Positions 1-9,952 of a DNA stretch of 64,000 bases are shown here, piece by piece. The DNA is from an uncultured Eudoraea sp. (lineage in GTDB: Bacteria > Bacteroidota > Bacteroidia > Flavobacteriales > Flavobacteriaceae): contig CBDUGN010000001.1 of the NCBI GenBank assembly GCA_965366915.1, positions 10,466 to 74,465 on the forward strand, written 5' to 3'. Every line of letters begins with the position of its first letter. The stretch's first letter is position 1. The position numbers and the translations under genes were made by a program. The notes below the pieces were generated by a model. That model was not told where the DNA came from, did not search any database, and saw only the letters and a program-made list of their open reading frames with translations.

Positions 1-716
1 ATGACCAATAGAACACTGGCCAGAATAACAAGAAACCAAAGAATAACTTCAATAAGCATAAACATCAGTCCGCCTGTATTATTGGCTGTTCTGGAAATAA
101 ACTCCTGAACAAAAGATTGTGGCATAGTCGCTATGATTCCTATCATAATAAGCAGGGAAATACCATTTCCAATACCTTTATCGGTAATTTTTTCTCCTAA
201 CCACATGGCAAAAACACAACCTGTTACCAGGATAATTACTGATGGCACAATAAAATTCAAGCCTTTACCTAAAAGAAATGCACTATCTGGAACACCCAGT
301 GCACCAAGACTATAAAGGTAGGCAGGGGCCTGTACAATACAGATACCAATGGTGAGCCATCTTGTAATCTGGTTCTTGGTTTTTCTTCCACTCTCACCTT
401 CCTTATCTAATTTTTGAAGATAAGGCACTGCGATCCCCATTAACTGAACCACAATAGATGCAGAGATATAAGGCATAATACCAAGAGCAAATACCGAAGC
501 ATTGGCAAATGCACCACCGGTAAAGGCATTTAATAAACCTAAAATACCTGATTCTGTACTAGAAGATAATTCTGCCAATTGAGAAGTATCAATACCGGGA
601 AGAACAACCTGAGCACCAAAACGATACACAAGTAACAAACCAAGGGTAACAATAATTCTGTTCCTTAGCTCTTCAATTTTCCAGATATTTGAAATAACCT
701 CAAAAAATTTCTTCAT
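1..716 (-). CDS. secY: Preprotein translocase subunit SecY (N-terminal part; gene runs off the window start)
   Basis: Minus-strand ATG at 714-716 opens a frame with no stop down to position 1. Hand translation MKKFFEVISNIWKIEELRNRIIVTLGLLLVYRFGAQVVLPGID... is a typical SecY N-terminus. It lies directly downstream of rplO, as in spc operons. Confidence 0.9.
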   Translation of the reverse strand, partial: MKKFFEVISNIWKIEELRNRIIVTLGLLLVYRFGAQVVLPGIDTSQLAELSSSTESGILGLLNAFTGGAFANASVFALGIMPYISASIVVQLMGIAVPYLQKLDKEGESGRKTKNQITRWLTIGICIVQAPAYLYSLGALGVPDSAFLLGKGLNFIVPSVIILVTGCVFAMWLGEKITDKGIGNGISLLIMIGIIATMPQSFVQEFISRTANNTGGLMFMLIEVILWFLVILASVLLV

Positions 717-728
717 AGCCTTCTCTAC

Positions 729-1181
729 TTATAAATTTATTGCTTCACCTCCAGCGGCTTCAATAGCAGCTTTCGCAGTTGCGGTAAATTTATGAACGGT
801 TATTTTAAGAGGTGCCTTTAATTCGCCACCACCTAGTATCTTAACCAAATCGTTTTTATGAGCCATTCCGTTATCCACAAGATCTTTAACAGTGACTGTC
901 TTTTTAACCAGTCCTTTATCTGCCAATTCCTGAAGTTTATTCAGATTTATGCCCTGATACTCTTTTCTGTTAATGTTGGTAAAACCAAATTTGGGTACGC
1001 GTCTCTGCAAAGGCATTTGACCTCCTTCAAAACCGATCTTTCTGGAATAACCAGATCTTGATTTAGCACCTTTATGCCCTCTTGTTGCAGTACCACCTTT
1101 ACCAGAACCCTGGCCTCGGCCTATGGTTTTCCCGGCTTTATGAACAGACCCTTTGGCTGGTTTTAAATTCCCTAAATTCAT
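729..1181 (-). CDS. rplO: 50S ribosomal protein L15
   Basis: 150-aa ORF with the Gly/Lys-rich N-terminus GRGQGSGKGGTATRGHKGAKSRSG typical of L15. Lies between rpmD and secY. Confidence 0.95.
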   Translation of the reverse strand: MNLGNLKPAKGSVHKAGKTIGRGQGSGKGGTATRGHKGAKSRSGYSRKIGFEGGQMPLQRRVPKFGFTNINRKEYQGINLNKLQELADKGLVKKTVTVKDLVDNGMAHKNDLVKILGGGELKAPLKITVHKFTATAKAAIEAAGGEAINL

Positions 1182-1193
1182 TACAACTATATT

Positions 1194-1373
1194 TTAAGCT
1201 TCTTCTGTAGAAACTAAGTGTTTAACTTTGTTGATCATACCCATAATATTGGGTGTATTATCATGCTCCACAACATGACCAATCCTATGCAATCCAAGTG
1301 CCTCCAGTGTTCTTTTCTGATTTTGCGGCCTTTTAATGCTACTTCTTACCTGCTTAACTCTAATCTTTGCCAT
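1194..1373 (-). CDS. rpmD: 50S ribosomal protein L30
   Basis: Not in the ORF track (59 aa). Hand translation from ATG 1371-1373 gives MAKIRVKQVRSSIKRPQNQKRTLEALGLHRIGHVVEHDNTPNIMGMINKVKHLVSTEEA, stop TAA at 1194-1196. Sits in the expected slot between rpsE and rplO. Confidence 0.9.
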   Translation of the reverse strand: MAKIRVKQVRSSIKRPQNQKRTLEALGLHRIGHVVEHDNTPNIMGMINKVKHLVSTEEA

Positions 1374-1384
1374 ACCCTTGCTAC

Positions 1385-1909
1385 TTATCCTTTAAAGACT
1401 TTTTCTAACGAAACACCTCTTTGTTTTGCTACCGTTCTGGCATCACGTAATTGAAGCAGAGCGTCGAATGTGGCCTTAACCACATTATGAGGGTTGGAAG
1501 ACCCCTGAGACTTAGATAAAACGTCTTGCACCCCAACTGATTCCAATACGGCTCTAACAGCACCTCCGGCAATTACTCCTGTACCATGGGAAGCAGGCTG
1601 AATATACACCCGAGCTCCTCCATACTTTCCTTTCTGCTCATGTGGCAAAGTTGCCTTACTTAGCGGTATTCTAATTAAATTCTTTTTGGCATCCTCAATA
1701 GCCTTGGCTATAGCGGTAGCTACTTCTTTTGACTTACCAAGTCCATGACCTACCACACCATTCTCATCACCCACAACCACGATTGCGGAAAAACCAAAAG
1801 CTCTACCACCTTTAGTTACTTTGGTAACTCTTTGAACACCAACCAATCTGTCTTTGAGTTCAAGACCTCCCGGTTTTACAGTTTCTACATTTTTGTATTT
1901 CCCGAACAT
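1385..1909 (-). CDS. rpsE: 30S ribosomal protein S5
   Basis: 174-aa ORF with the S5 core [24 protein letters not shown]. Operon position fits. Confidence 0.95.
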   Translation of the reverse strand: MFGKYKNVETVKPGGLELKDRLVGVQRVTKVTKGGRAFGFSAIVVVGDENGVVGHGLGKSKEVATAIAKAIEDAKKNLIRIPLSKATLPHEQKGKYGGARVYIQPASHGTGVIAGGAVRAVLESVGVQDVLSKSQGSSNPHNVVKATFDALLQLRDARTVAKQRGVSLEKVFKG

Positions 1910-1917
1910 ATTTTCTA

Positions 1918-2274
1918 TTAAAATTTTAGACCAGCTTCTCTGGCACCTTCCGCCAATGATTTAACTCTTCCATGATATAAGTTACCACCCCGATCAAAAG
2001 CAACTGCTTCTATTCCGGATTTAATAGCCTTTTCAGCTACCGCTTTTCCAACAAGCTTAGCAATCTCAGTCTTCGTACCTTTAGCTTTACTTAGTTCTTT
2101 ATCCCTTGATGAAGCCGCAACCAGCGTAGCACCATTATTATCATCAATTAGTTGGGCATAAATCTCTTTATTGCTCCTAAAAACAGATAATCTTGGTCTC
2201 TCAGCAGTACCAAAGGATACTTTTCTAATCCTTTTTCTAATACGCTCTCTTCTTTCAGTTTTCGATAATCCCAT
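1918..2274 (-). CDS. rplR: 50S ribosomal protein L18
   Basis: 118-aa ORF with [20 protein letters not shown] and C-terminal [17 protein letters not shown], typical of L18. Confidence 0.95.
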   Translation of the reverse strand: MGLSKTERRERIRKRIRKVSFGTAERPRLSVFRSNKEIYAQLIDDNNGATLVAASSRDKELSKAKGTKTEIAKLVGKAVAEKAIKSGIEAVAFDRGGNLYHGRVKSLAEGAREAGLKF

Positions 2275-2284
2275 AATTCAATTC

Positions 2285-2774
2285 TTAAGCAGATTTACCA
2301 GCTTTTCTTCTTAATTGTTCTCCGACAAATTTTATACCTTTTCCTTTGTAAGGTTCTGGTTTGCGGAATGCCCTTATTTTAGCAGCTATTTGGCCTACCA
2401 ATTGTTTGTCATGCGAGGTAAGCTTTATAATAGGGTTTTTACCTTTCTCAGAAATAGTCTCAACTTTGACTTCAGGAGCCAAATTCAGAACAATATTATG
2501 TGAGAATCCCAATGCCAAATCTAACTTTTGACCCTGGTTAGTGGCTCGGTAACCAACACCCACCAATTCAAGCTCTTTTGTCCATCCATTGGTCACTCCC
2601 GAAATCATATTGAAAATCAAAGATCTGTACAGACCGTGTTTGGCTTTATGTTCTTTAGACTCAGAATGTCTTGTTACGACAACCCAACTTCCCCTTTACA
2701 GTAATTATATTATCCTGCACTTCAACTGTAGCTCCCTCCGGAATTTCTATTGGATTGTTACCTATTCTAGACAT
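2285..2774 (-). pseudogene. rplF: 50S ribosomal protein L6 gene, interrupted as read (frame change near 2681 plus apparent internal deletion)
   Basis: The N-terminal piece starts at ATG 2772-2774: MSRIGNNPIEIPEGATVEVQDNIITVKGKLG, then CRNKTF and TGA at 2661-2663. The C-terminal piece lies in another frame open only over 2285-2695: ...VVTRHSESKEHKAKHGLYRSLIFNMISGVTNGWTKELELVGVGYRA...KAGKSA. The ORF track shows only a 111-aa TTG-initiated fragment. Confidence 0.75.
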
Positions 2775-2793
2775 TTTCCTATTTCTTTATTTC

Positions 2794-3192
2794 TTAATAA
2801 ACGTAGCATAAAACTTCGCCACCAACATTATCTCTCTGAGCCTGCTTGCTTGTCATAACTCCATGAGAAGTAGACACAATAGCTATTCCAAGGCCATTAA
2901 GTACTCTGGGCATATCTCCGGAACTGGCATATTTTCTAAGACCTGGCGTACTTATGCGCTGGATCTTTCTTATCACCGGTTCTTTAGTCAACCTATCATA
3001 TTTCAGGGCAATTTTGATAATGCCCTGCACCTTATTGTCTTCAAATTTATAACTCAAAATATATCCTTGATCGAATAATATTTTTGTTACCTCTTTTTTC
3101 AAATTAGAAGCAGGAATCTCAACTACTCTATGACCCGCTCTACTGGCGTTTCTAATTCTTGTTAAATAATCTGCTATTGGATCTGTGACCAT
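2794..3192 (-). CDS. rpsH: 30S ribosomal protein S8
   Basis: 132-aa ORF with MVTDPIADYLTRIRNA and C-terminal GGEVLCYVY, typical of S8. Confidence 0.95.
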   Translation of the reverse strand: MVTDPIADYLTRIRNASRAGHRVVEIPASNLKKEVTKILFDQGYILSYKFEDNKVQGIIKIALKYDRLTKEPVIRKIQRISTPGLRKYASSGDMPRVLNGLGIAIVSTSHGVMTSKQAQRDNVGGEVLCYVY

Positions 3193-3213
3193 CTTCTTAA
3201 CTATTATATTGGA

Positions 3214-3483
3214 TTACCAACTTGCTTTTTTAACTCCGGGAATCAAACCTTTGTTAGCCATTTCCCTAAACATTACACGAGAAATACCAAAAGTTCTCAT
3301 ATACCCTTTAGGTCTCCCCGTCAATTTACATCTATTGTGCATACGAATAGGAGAAGCATTTTTTGGCAGTTTTTGCAAAGCCTCATAGTCTCCGGCTTCT
3401 TTCAAAGCTTTTCTCTTTTCAGCATATTTTGCTACAGCCTTTGCCCTTTTTCTTTCACGGGCTTTCATTGATTCTTTAGCCAT
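3214..3483 (-). CDS. rpsN: 30S ribosomal protein S14
   Basis: 89-aa ORF with [13 protein letters not shown] and C-terminal [11 protein letters not shown], typical of S14. Confidence 0.95.
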   Translation of the reverse strand: MAKESMKARERKRAKAVAKYAEKRKALKEAGDYEALQKLPKNASPIRMHNRCKLTGRPKGYMRTFGISRVMFREMANKGLIPGVKKASW

Positions 3484-3484
3484 A

Positions 3485-4036
3485 CTAATTCTTTTTAAAA
3501 GGTAATCCCAATTCGGTTAACAATGATTTTGCTTCTTTATCTGTATCAGCACTTGTTACAAAAGTGATATCCATTCCATTAATCCTATTGATTTTATCAA
3601 TATTAATTTCCGGGAATATAATCTGCTCAGTTACGCCAAGGTTGTAATTTCCTCTTCCATCAAAACCTGTCGCTCTTATTCCCTGAAAATCTCTTACCCT
3701 TGGCAAAGCAGTAGTTACTAATCTGTCTAAAAATTCATACATGCGTTCACCTCTTAGGGTAACTTTAGCCCCTATGGGCATTCCCTTTCTGAGTTTAAAC
3801 GCTGCAACATCTTTTTTTGACATGGTTGATATCGCCTTTTGACCCGTAATTAAGGTTAATTCATCCAAGGCGTGATCTACCAATTTTTTGTCAGCTACAG
3901 CAGCACCGACTCCTCTGCTAACAACAATTTTTTGCAGCTTTGGAACTTCCATTACATTTTTGTAACCAAATTCTTCTTTTAGAGCCGAAACAATTCGCTC
4001 ACCATATTCTTTCTTTAATCTTGGTACGTAAGCCAT
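3485..4036 (-). CDS. rplE: 50S ribosomal protein L5
   Basis: 183-aa ORF with PRLKKEY and [13 protein letters not shown] motifs. Operon position fits. Confidence 0.95.
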   Translation of the reverse strand: MAYVPRLKKEYGERIVSALKEEFGYKNVMEVPKLQKIVVSRGVGAAVADKKLVDHALDELTLITGQKAISTMSKKDVAAFKLRKGMPIGAKVTLRGERMYEFLDRLVTTALPRVRDFQGIRATGFDGRGNYNLGVTEQIIFPEINIDKINRINGMDITFVTSADTDKEAKSLLTELGLPFKKN

Positions 4037-4038
4037 AA

Positions 4039-4350
4039 CTAAATTACTTCGTTAGATTTTTTGGAAAATCGTACTTTCTTCCCGTCTCTTACCTCATAAC
4101 CAACTCTTGTTGTTTCTCCTGATTTGGAATCAATAAGTGATAAATTAGATAAGTGAATAGGAGCTTCTTTTTTTACAATTCCACCCTGAGGGTTTTGTGC
4201 ACTTGGCTTTTCGTGTTTAGATACCATATTGGCACCTTCTACGATGGCCTTATTTTTTTCGCGGTCTACAAGGGTAACTTTTCCTTCGGTTCCCTTATGG
4301 TCACCTGCAATTATCCTAACTGTATCTCCCGTTTTTATTCTTAATTTCAT
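4039..4350 (-). CDS. rplX: 50S ribosomal protein L24
   Basis: 103-aa ORF with a KOW-like [21 protein letters not shown]. Confidence 0.95.
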   Translation of the reverse strand: MKLRIKTGDTVRIIAGDHKGTEGKVTLVDREKNKAIVEGANMVSKHEKPSAQNPQGGIVKKEAPIHLSNLSLIDSKSGETTRVGYEVRDGKKVRFSKKSNEVI

Positions 4351-4361
4351 CTTACAATATT

Positions 4362-4730
4362 TTATAGCACCTCTGGAGCTAATGAAACAATTTTCATGAA
4401 TTGTTTATCCCGCAACTCCCTGGCAACTGGTCCGAAGACACGAGTTCCTCTCATTTCTCCTGTAGGATTTAACAAAACACAGGCGTTATCATCAAAACGA
4501 ATGTAAGAACCGTCTGGTCTCCTTACTTCTTTTATTGTCCTGACAACAACCGCTGTTGAAACTGTACCTTTCTTAATACCACCGTTTGGAGTGGCCTCTT
4601 TAACAGTAACTACAATCTTATCCCCAACTGATGCATATCGCCTTTTTGTACCCCCAAGCACACGTATGGTTAATACCTCTTTGGCCCCAGTATTGTCTGC
4701 TACTTTTAATCTTGATTCTTGCTGTAACAT
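4362..4730 (-). CDS. rplN: 50S ribosomal protein L14
   Basis: 122-aa ORF with [18 protein letters not shown] and C-terminal SLAPEVL. Confidence 0.97.
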   Translation of the reverse strand: MLQQESRLKVADNTGAKEVLTIRVLGGTKRRYASVGDKIVVTVKEATPNGGIKKGTVSTAVVVRTIKEVRRPDGSYIRFDDNACVLLNPTGEMRGTRVFGPVARELRDKQFMKIVSLAPEVL

Positions 4731-4732
4731 AA

Positions 4733-4990
4733 TTATTTGGCTCTTTCTAAGACTTCAACCAATCTCCAACATTTGGTTCTACTCAACGGACGTGTCTCCA
4801 TTATCTTAACAGTATCTCCAATATTGCAGTCATTGGTTTCATCATGTGCAACATACTTTTTTGTTCGCAGTACGAACTTACCATACATAGGATGCTTAAC
4901 GCGCTTAACTTCAGAAACCACAATAGATTTCTCCATTTTGTTGCTAGTTACAACGCCTATTCTTTCCTTTCTTAAATTTCTTTTTTCCAT
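4733..4990 (-). CDS. rpsQ: 30S ribosomal protein S17
   Basis: 85-aa ORF with [14 protein letters not shown] and KYVAHDE, typical of S17. Confidence 0.95.
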   Translation of the reverse strand: MEKRNLRKERIGVVTSNKMEKSIVVSEVKRVKHPMYGKFVLRTKKYVAHDETNDCNIGDTVKIMETRPLSRTKCWRLVEVLERAK

Positions 4991-5003
4991 AAAGCAGAAC
5001 CAA

Positions 5004-5198
5004 TTATTGGTTATCCCTTTTTGTTAATTCAGTAGCCAATTGCGCCACAGTTCTTCTTGCCTTTCTAATTTGAAGAGGGTTTTCAAGCGGAGTGACGGAG
5101 TGGGCGATTTTAAGATCTGCATGTTGCTTCTTAAACTGTGCCATTTTTTCCTTCAATTCTTCTACCGATAATTCTTTTACTTCTGATTGTTTCATCAT
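5004..5198 (-). CDS. rpmC: 50S ribosomal protein L29
   Basis: 64-aa helical ORF lying between rplP and rpsQ. Confidence 0.9.
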   Translation of the reverse strand: MMKQSEVKELSVEELKEKMAQFKKQHADLKIAHSVTPLENPLQIRKARRTVAQLATELTKRDNQ

Positions 5199-5212
5199 CC
5201 TGATTATAAAAA

Positions 5213-5635
5213 TTATGCCGCCTCGTAATCTCTAGCCATTACAAATTTTGTCTTTACCGGTAATTTTTGAGCAGCAAGCCTTAAGGCTTCCTTAGCTACG
5301 TCCATAGGTACACCGGCAACCTCGAACATTATTCTTCCTGGTTTAACAACGGCGACAAAATATTCCGGAGCTCCTTTTCCTTTACCCATACGAACCTCTA
5401 AAGGTTTTTTGGTAATTGGCTTGTCCGGAAAAATTTTAATCCACAATTGCCCCTGTCTTTTCATATATCTGGTCGCAGCAATACGAGCCGCCTCAATCTG
5501 GCGGGAAGTAAGAAAGCAGGAATCCAAAGATTTAATCCCAAACATTCCATTAGAAAGTTGATGCCCTCTACCGGAATTACCCTTCATACGTCCTTTCTGC
5601 GCTTTGCGAAACTTCGTTCTTTTTGGCTGTAACAT
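5213..5635 (-). CDS. rplP: 50S ribosomal protein L16
   Basis: 140-aa ORF with [16 protein letters not shown] and [12 protein letters not shown]. Confidence 0.97.
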   Translation of the reverse strand: MLQPKRTKFRKAQKGRMKGNSGRGHQLSNGMFGIKSLDSCFLTSRQIEAARIAATRYMKRQGQLWIKIFPDKPITKKPLEVRMGKGKGAPEYFVAVVKPGRIMFEVAGVPMDVAKEALRLAAQKLPVKTKFVMARDYEAA

Positions 5636-5659
5636 AATCTCTAACTTCTTCTTTAATTA

Positions 5660-6376
5660 TTACTTTCTGCGACGTGGTTTTTTACCTCCGGCTTGTTGCT
5701 TTCCCTTGGACTGCCCTTTAGACATTCCGATTAGAGGAGAAAGCTCTCTTTTTCCATATACTTCTCCCTTCATGATCCATACTTTAATACCTAATCTTCC
5801 ATAGGTGGTATGAGCCTCGTGAATTGCATAGTCTATATCTGCTCTAAAAGTCGACAAAGGTATTCTGCCATCTTTATAAGATTCTACCCTGGCCATTTCC
5901 GCACCATTCAGTCTTCCGGCAATCTGTATTTTAATTCCCTCAGCATTCATTCTCATTGCCGCTGCAATTGCCATTTTAATAGCTCTCCTGTAAGAAATTC
6001 TATTTTCGATCTGACGGGCTACACTTGCCGCAACAAGATTGGCATCAACTTCCGGCCTTTTAATCTCAAAAATATTTATCTGAACTTCTTTATCTGTAAT
6101 TTTTTTGAGCTCCTCTTTTAGTTTATCTACCTCCTGGCCGCCTTTACCAATAATAATACCCGGCCTGGCAGTCGTAATTGTAACCGTAATTAACTTTAAG
6201 GTTCTCTCTATAATTACTCTAGATACACTAGCCTTCGCCAATCGTGCATGAACATATTTTCTTATCTTATCGTCTTCGGCTAATTTATCGCCATAATCAT
6301 TTCCTCCATACCAGTTAGATTCCCATCCTCTGATTATTCCTAGACGATTTCCGATTGGATTTGTTTTTTGTCCCAT
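5660..6376 (-). CDS. rpsC: 30S ribosomal protein S3
   Basis: The ORF track frame 5660-6430 contains [23 protein letters not shown] at residue 19. That ATG (6374-6376) lies 10 nt after the rplV stop, so the upstream extension overlapping rplV is discounted. Lys/Gly-rich C-terminal tail. Confidence 0.93.
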   Translation of the reverse strand: MGQKTNPIGNRLGIIRGWESNWYGGNDYGDKLAEDDKIRKYVHARLAKASVSRVIIERTLKLITVTITTARPGIIIGKGGQEVDKLKEELKKITDKEVQINIFEIKRPEVDANLVAASVARQIENRISYRRAIKMAIAAAMRMNAEGIKIQIAGRLNGAEMARVESYKDGRIPLSTFRADIDYAIHEAHTTYGRLGIKVWIMKGEVYGKRELSPLIGMSKGQSKGKQQAGGKKPRRRK

Positions 6377-6386
6377 ACTAAAAATT

Positions 6387-6794
6387 CTAGCTTTGTGTAT
6401 TATTGTTAGATCCCAATACCAATGTAACATGGTTGGAACGTTTTCTTATTCTATGGGCCCTCCCCTGTGGGGCTGGCCTTAATCTTTTAAGCATGCGCCC
6501 ACTGTCTACTGTTATTTCTTTTACAAAAAGATCGGCTTCTTCTATATCAGTTTCTTCATTCTTAGCCTGCCAGTTAGCAATTGCAGAAAGCAATAATTTT
6601 TCTAACCTACGGGAGGCTTCTTTAGGGCTGAATCTAAGAATAGCAAGAGCCTTTTCTACTTCTGCACCACGTACTAAATCTGCTACCAACCGCATTTTTC
6701 TTGGTGAGGTTGGACAGTTATTTAGTTTAGCAAAAGCTATTTTCTGCTTTTCCGCCTTTAGTCTTTCGGCCATTTGTTTTTTTCGAACTCCCAT
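6387..6794 (-). CDS. rplV: 50S ribosomal protein L22
   Basis: 135-aa ORF with [14 protein letters not shown] and [17 protein letters not shown]. Confidence 0.95.
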   Translation of the reverse strand: MGVRKKQMAERLKAEKQKIAFAKLNNCPTSPRKMRLVADLVRGAEVEKALAILRFSPKEASRRLEKLLLSAIANWQAKNEETDIEEADLFVKEITVDSGRMLKRLRPAPQGRAHRIRKRSNHVTLVLGSNNNTQS

Positions 6795-6801
6795 AGCTTA
6801 C

Positions 6802-7080
6802 TTACTTTTTTCCTTTATTTTTTGCACCTGCATGACCCCGGAAAGATCTTGTAGGAGAAAATTCACCTAATTTGTGACCTACCATATTCTCTGTAACATA
6901 TACAGGAACAAATTGTCTTCCGTTATGCACAGCAATGGTCTGACCTACAAAGTCCGGACTTATTGTCGATGCTCTGGACCATGTCTTTATTACAGACTTC
7001 TTACCTGATTCTATATTCATTTGGACTTTCTTATCCAAACTATGATGTATGTATGGTCCCTTTTTTAGTGAACGTGCCAT
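6802..7080 (-). CDS. rpsS: 30S ribosomal protein S19
   Basis: 92-aa ORF with [10 protein letters not shown] and [16 protein letters not shown]. Confidence 0.97.
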   Translation of the reverse strand: MARSLKKGPYIHHSLDKKVQMNIESGKKSVIKTWSRASTISPDFVGQTIAVHNGRQFVPVYVTENMVGHKLGEFSPTRSFRGHAGAKNKGKK

Positions 7081-7093
7081 TTCTTTCTACTTT

Positions 7094-7918
7094 TTATTTC
7101 TTTCTACGTTCTAATATATACCTATTTGTATCCTTGGTCTTGGATCTAGTCCTGAATCCTTTTGCAGGAATTCCATTTTTAGATCTTGGATGCCCTCCAG
7201 AAGCTCTTCCTTCGCCACCACCCATTGGATGATCTACCGGGTTCATGGCCACTGGTCTGGTTCTTGGTCTCCTGCCCAACCATCTGCTTCTTCCTGCTTT
7301 ACCAGAAACAATCAACTGCTGGTCTGAATTTGAGACTGCACCAATAGTACCCAAACAATTTGCCAGTACCAATCTTGTCTCACCAGAAGGTAATTTTACT
7401 GTTGCATACTTTCCTTCCCTTGCCATTAGTTGAGCAAAAGTTCCAGCACTCCTTGCCATTATCGCTCCCTGACCGGGACGTAATTCGATACAGGAAATAA
7501 TAGTTCCCAAAGGAATTTTGCTTAATGGAAGAGCATTACCTATCTCTGGAGCTGCGTTTTCACCGGAAGATATTTTTTGTCCTACCTGCAAGCCGTTTGG
7601 AGCAATAATATATCGCTTCTCACCATCCTTATATTCCACTAGGGCAATAAAAGCTGTTCTATTTGGATCATACTGGATAGACTTTACTTCCGCAGCAACG
7701 TCCTGCTTATCCCGTTTGAAATCAATAATTCGATACCTCCTTTTATGCCCACCACCTCTATGGCGTATGGTCATTTTTCCTTGACTGTTTCTACCTCCAG
7801 ACTTTTTTAACGGAGCAAGCAAGCTTTTCTCCGGCTTATCAGCAGTAATGGCGTCAAATCCGTTTACTACTCTAAAACGCTGTCCTGGAGTGATTGGTTT
7901 TAATTTTCTAACTGACAT
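7094..7918 (-). CDS. rplB: 50S ribosomal protein L2
   Basis: 274-aa ORF with [12 protein letters not shown] and [13 protein letters not shown]. Confidence 0.97.
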   Translation of the reverse strand: MSVRKLKPITPGQRFRVVNGFDAITADKPEKSLLAPLKKSGGRNSQGKMTIRHRGGGHKRRYRIIDFKRDKQDVAAEVKSIQYDPNRTAFIALVEYKDGEKRYIIAPNGLQVGQKISSGENAAPEIGNALPLSKIPLGTIISCIELRPGQGAIMARSAGTFAQLMAREGKYATVKLPSGETRLVLANCLGTIGAVSNSDQQLIVSGKAGRSRWLGRRPRTRPVAMNPVDHPMGGGEGRASGGHPRSKNGIPAKGFRTRSKTKDTNRYILERRKK

Positions 7919-7927
7919 TTTTTGTCT

Positions 7928-8218
7928 TTATAGATTACTGTAAAAATCAATTATATCACCTTCCGCAACATCGATAATAGCCTTTTTAATGGCATTGGTT
8001 TTACCGTGCTGGATTCCAGTTTTGGTATATCGTGATTTTCTAGTAGGGCCATAGTTCATGGTTCTTACTTTTTTCACGGAAACACCATAAGTTGCCTCAA
8101 CAGCATCTTTGATCTGAATTTTGTTTGCCTTAGGATCCACGACGAAACCATAACGATTGTGCAACTCGCTATCCGCAGTCATTTTTTCCGTTATAATTGG
8201 CTTTATCAACACACTCAT
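7928..8218 (-). CDS. rplW: 50S ribosomal protein L23
   Basis: 96-aa ORF lying between rplD and rplB. L23-like IKPIITEK. Confidence 0.92.
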   Translation of the reverse strand: MSVLIKPIITEKMTADSELHNRYGFVVDPKANKIQIKDAVEATYGVSVKKVRTMNYGPTRKSRYTKTGIQHGKTNAIKKAIIDVAEGDIIDFYSNL

Positions 8219-8224
8219 GGTTTC

Positions 8225-8854
8225 CTATTTATTTAAGTTCGATTCAATTCCTTCCAAAGAACCTTCCAAGAACACAATATTATTTGCGTTTAATATTTTG
8301 TAAGTACTTAATTCTGAATTAGTTATAATCTCAGAAAGCTCCAAATTACGCGAAGACAAATATACACCATTATTTGAATCGCCCAACACAAATAAAGATT
8401 TTTTGTTTTCGAGTCCCAATGCCTTTAAAACCTGCACGAAATCTTTGGTTTTCGGTGTTTCAAAACTAAAGTCCTCTACGACCATAACGGCCTTCTCTTT
8501 TGTCTTGATACTCAACGCCGATTTTCTCGCCAAACGTTTTACGTTTTTGTTCAGTTTTTGGCTATAATCCTTAGGTCTTGGTCCAAAAATACGTCCACCG
8601 CCTCTAAATATAGGCGACTTTATACTCCCTGCCCTTGCAGTACCGGTACCTTTTTGCTTTTTGATCTTTCTGGTACTACCAGCAATCTCAGCTCGTTCCT
8701 TGGCCTTATGTGTGCCTTGTCTTTGATGTGCCAAATATTGCTTCACATCTAAATACACGGCATGGTTATTTGGCTCTATTCCGAAAACAGTATCAGAAAG
8801 GTCTACCTTTCTTCCTGTTTCTTTTCCTTTAATATCTAAAACTGCTACCTTCAT
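8225..8854 (-). CDS. rplD: 50S ribosomal protein L4
   Basis: The track ORF extends to 8863 ([10 protein letters not shown]...). The ATG at 8852-8854 ([11 protein letters not shown]) overlaps the rplC stop as TAATG, so either start is possible. Contains the L4 motif GTGTARAGSIKSPIFRGGGRIFGPRP. Confidence 0.92.
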   Translation of the reverse strand: MKVAVLDIKGKETGRKVDLSDTVFGIEPNNHAVYLDVKQYLAHQRQGTHKAKERAEIAGSTRKIKKQKGTGTARAGSIKSPIFRGGGRIFGPRPKDYSQKLNKNVKRLARKSALSIKTKEKAVMVVEDFSFETPKTKDFVQVLKALGLENKKSLFVLGDSNNGVYLSSRNLELSEIITNSELSTYKILNANNIVFLEGSLEGIESNLNK

Positions 8855-9477
8855 TACTGCCACCTTTTAATGGTTACATAAGCATTCTTATGACCAGGTA
8901 CACAACCTTTAACTACTAAAAGATTTTTCTCCGGAACTATTTTTAAAACTCTAAGGTTCTGAACCGTAACTTGGTCACCACCCATTCTACCAGCCATTTT
9001 CATTCCCTTGAAAACTCTCGCAGGATACGAAGCAGCACCAATAGAACCAGGGGCTCTAAGTCTGTTATGCTGACCATGGGTTGCTTGACCAACACCGGCA
9101 AAGCCATGTCTTTTAACAACACCTTGGAAACCTTTTCCCTTTGATGTTCCAATAACATCAACAAATTCTCCTTCTACAAATACGTCAACACCAACGGTGT
9201 CGCCCAATTTGTATTCACCTTCAAAACCTTGGAACTCAATGACTCTTTTCTTGGGAGAAGTACCTGCCTTTTTAAAGTGACCTGATTCGGCCTTATTAGC
9301 ACGTTTTTCTGCCTTGTCATCGAAACCAAGTTGAAGGGCATTGTACCCGTCTACCTCTTCGGTTCTGACTTGGGTAACTACGCATGGTCCGGCCTCTATG
9401 ACAGTACAGGGAATATTTTTCCCGTTGTCGTCAAAAATGCTGGTCATGCCTACTTTTTTTCCTATTAACCCAGACAT
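8854..9477 (-). CDS. rplC: 50S ribosomal protein L3
   Basis: 207-aa ORF with [13 protein letters not shown] and [10 protein letters not shown]. Confidence 0.97.
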   Translation of the reverse strand: MSGLIGKKVGMTSIFDDNGKNIPCTVIEAGPCVVTQVRTEEVDGYNALQLGFDDKAEKRANKAESGHFKKAGTSPKKRVIEFQGFEGEYKLGDTVGVDVFVEGEFVDVIGTSKGKGFQGVVKRHGFAGVGQATHGQHNRLRAPGSIGAASYPARVFKGMKMAGRMGGDQVTVQNLRVLKIVPEKNLLVVKGCVPGHKNAYVTIKRWQ

Positions 9478-9523
9478 ATTATTACTATTATTTATTAATT
9501 ATTCTTAAACTATATTTTTCTGC

Positions 9524-9554
9524 AAAAAAAACAGGATCAAAAACAATTCGATCC
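9524..9554 (-). terminator. Weak hairpin (GGATC/GATCC stem) followed by a T8 run inside the rpsJ-rplC spacer. Candidate attenuator or partial terminator.
   Basis: The minus strand reads GGATCGAATTGTTTTTGATCC TG TTTTTTTT. The stem is only 5 bp, so it is weak. Confidence 0.3.
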
Positions 9555-9635
9555 CGAATATATTTTTGTTGCCGTTTTTCCTTTGCGAAACGCTCCGGAC
9601 ATGTTATCTGTTTCAAACCGAAACAGAATAGTCTA

Positions 9636-9941
9636 TCACACTTTTATCTCCACCTCAACACCACTCGGAAGCTCGAGCTTCATAAGTGCGTCTATTGTTT
9701 TTGATGAGGAACTATATATATCCAGAAGTCTTTTATAAGAACTCAACTGGAACTGTTCTCTTGATTTCTTGTTCACATGGGGTGAACGCAAAACTGTAAA
9801 TATCTTTTTATGTGTTGGCAAAGGAATTGGACCTGTGACAACAGCACCAGTCGATTTTACCGTTTTCACGATCTTCTCAGCAGATTTATCTACCAGGTTA
9901 TGATCGTACGATTTTAGTTTTATTCTAATTTTCTGACTCAT
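9636..9941 (-). CDS. rpsJ: 30S ribosomal protein S10
   Basis: 101-aa ORF with [15 protein letters not shown] and [14 protein letters not shown]. Confidence 0.97.
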   Translation of the reverse strand: MSQKIRIKLKSYDHNLVDKSAEKIVKTVKSTGAVVTGPIPLPTHKKIFTVLRSPHVNKKSREQFQLSSYKRLLDIYSSSSKTIDALMKLELPSGVEVEIKV

Positions 9942-9952
9942 AATACTAAAAT

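Noticed and set aside
133-315. 60-aa plus-strand ORF at the window start
   Set aside because: It lies opposite the secY coding frame, which translates into a canonical SecY N-terminus.
6377-6430. N-terminal extension of the S3 ORF ([18 protein letters not shown]) overlapping the rplV 3' end
   Set aside because: The conserved S3 start MGQKTNPIG begins at 6376, right after the rplV stop. The extension has no counterpart in S3 proteins.
6403-6870. 155-aa plus-strand ORF across the rplV/rpsS region
   Set aside because: It is antisense to two highly conserved ribosomal protein genes and has no recognisable features.
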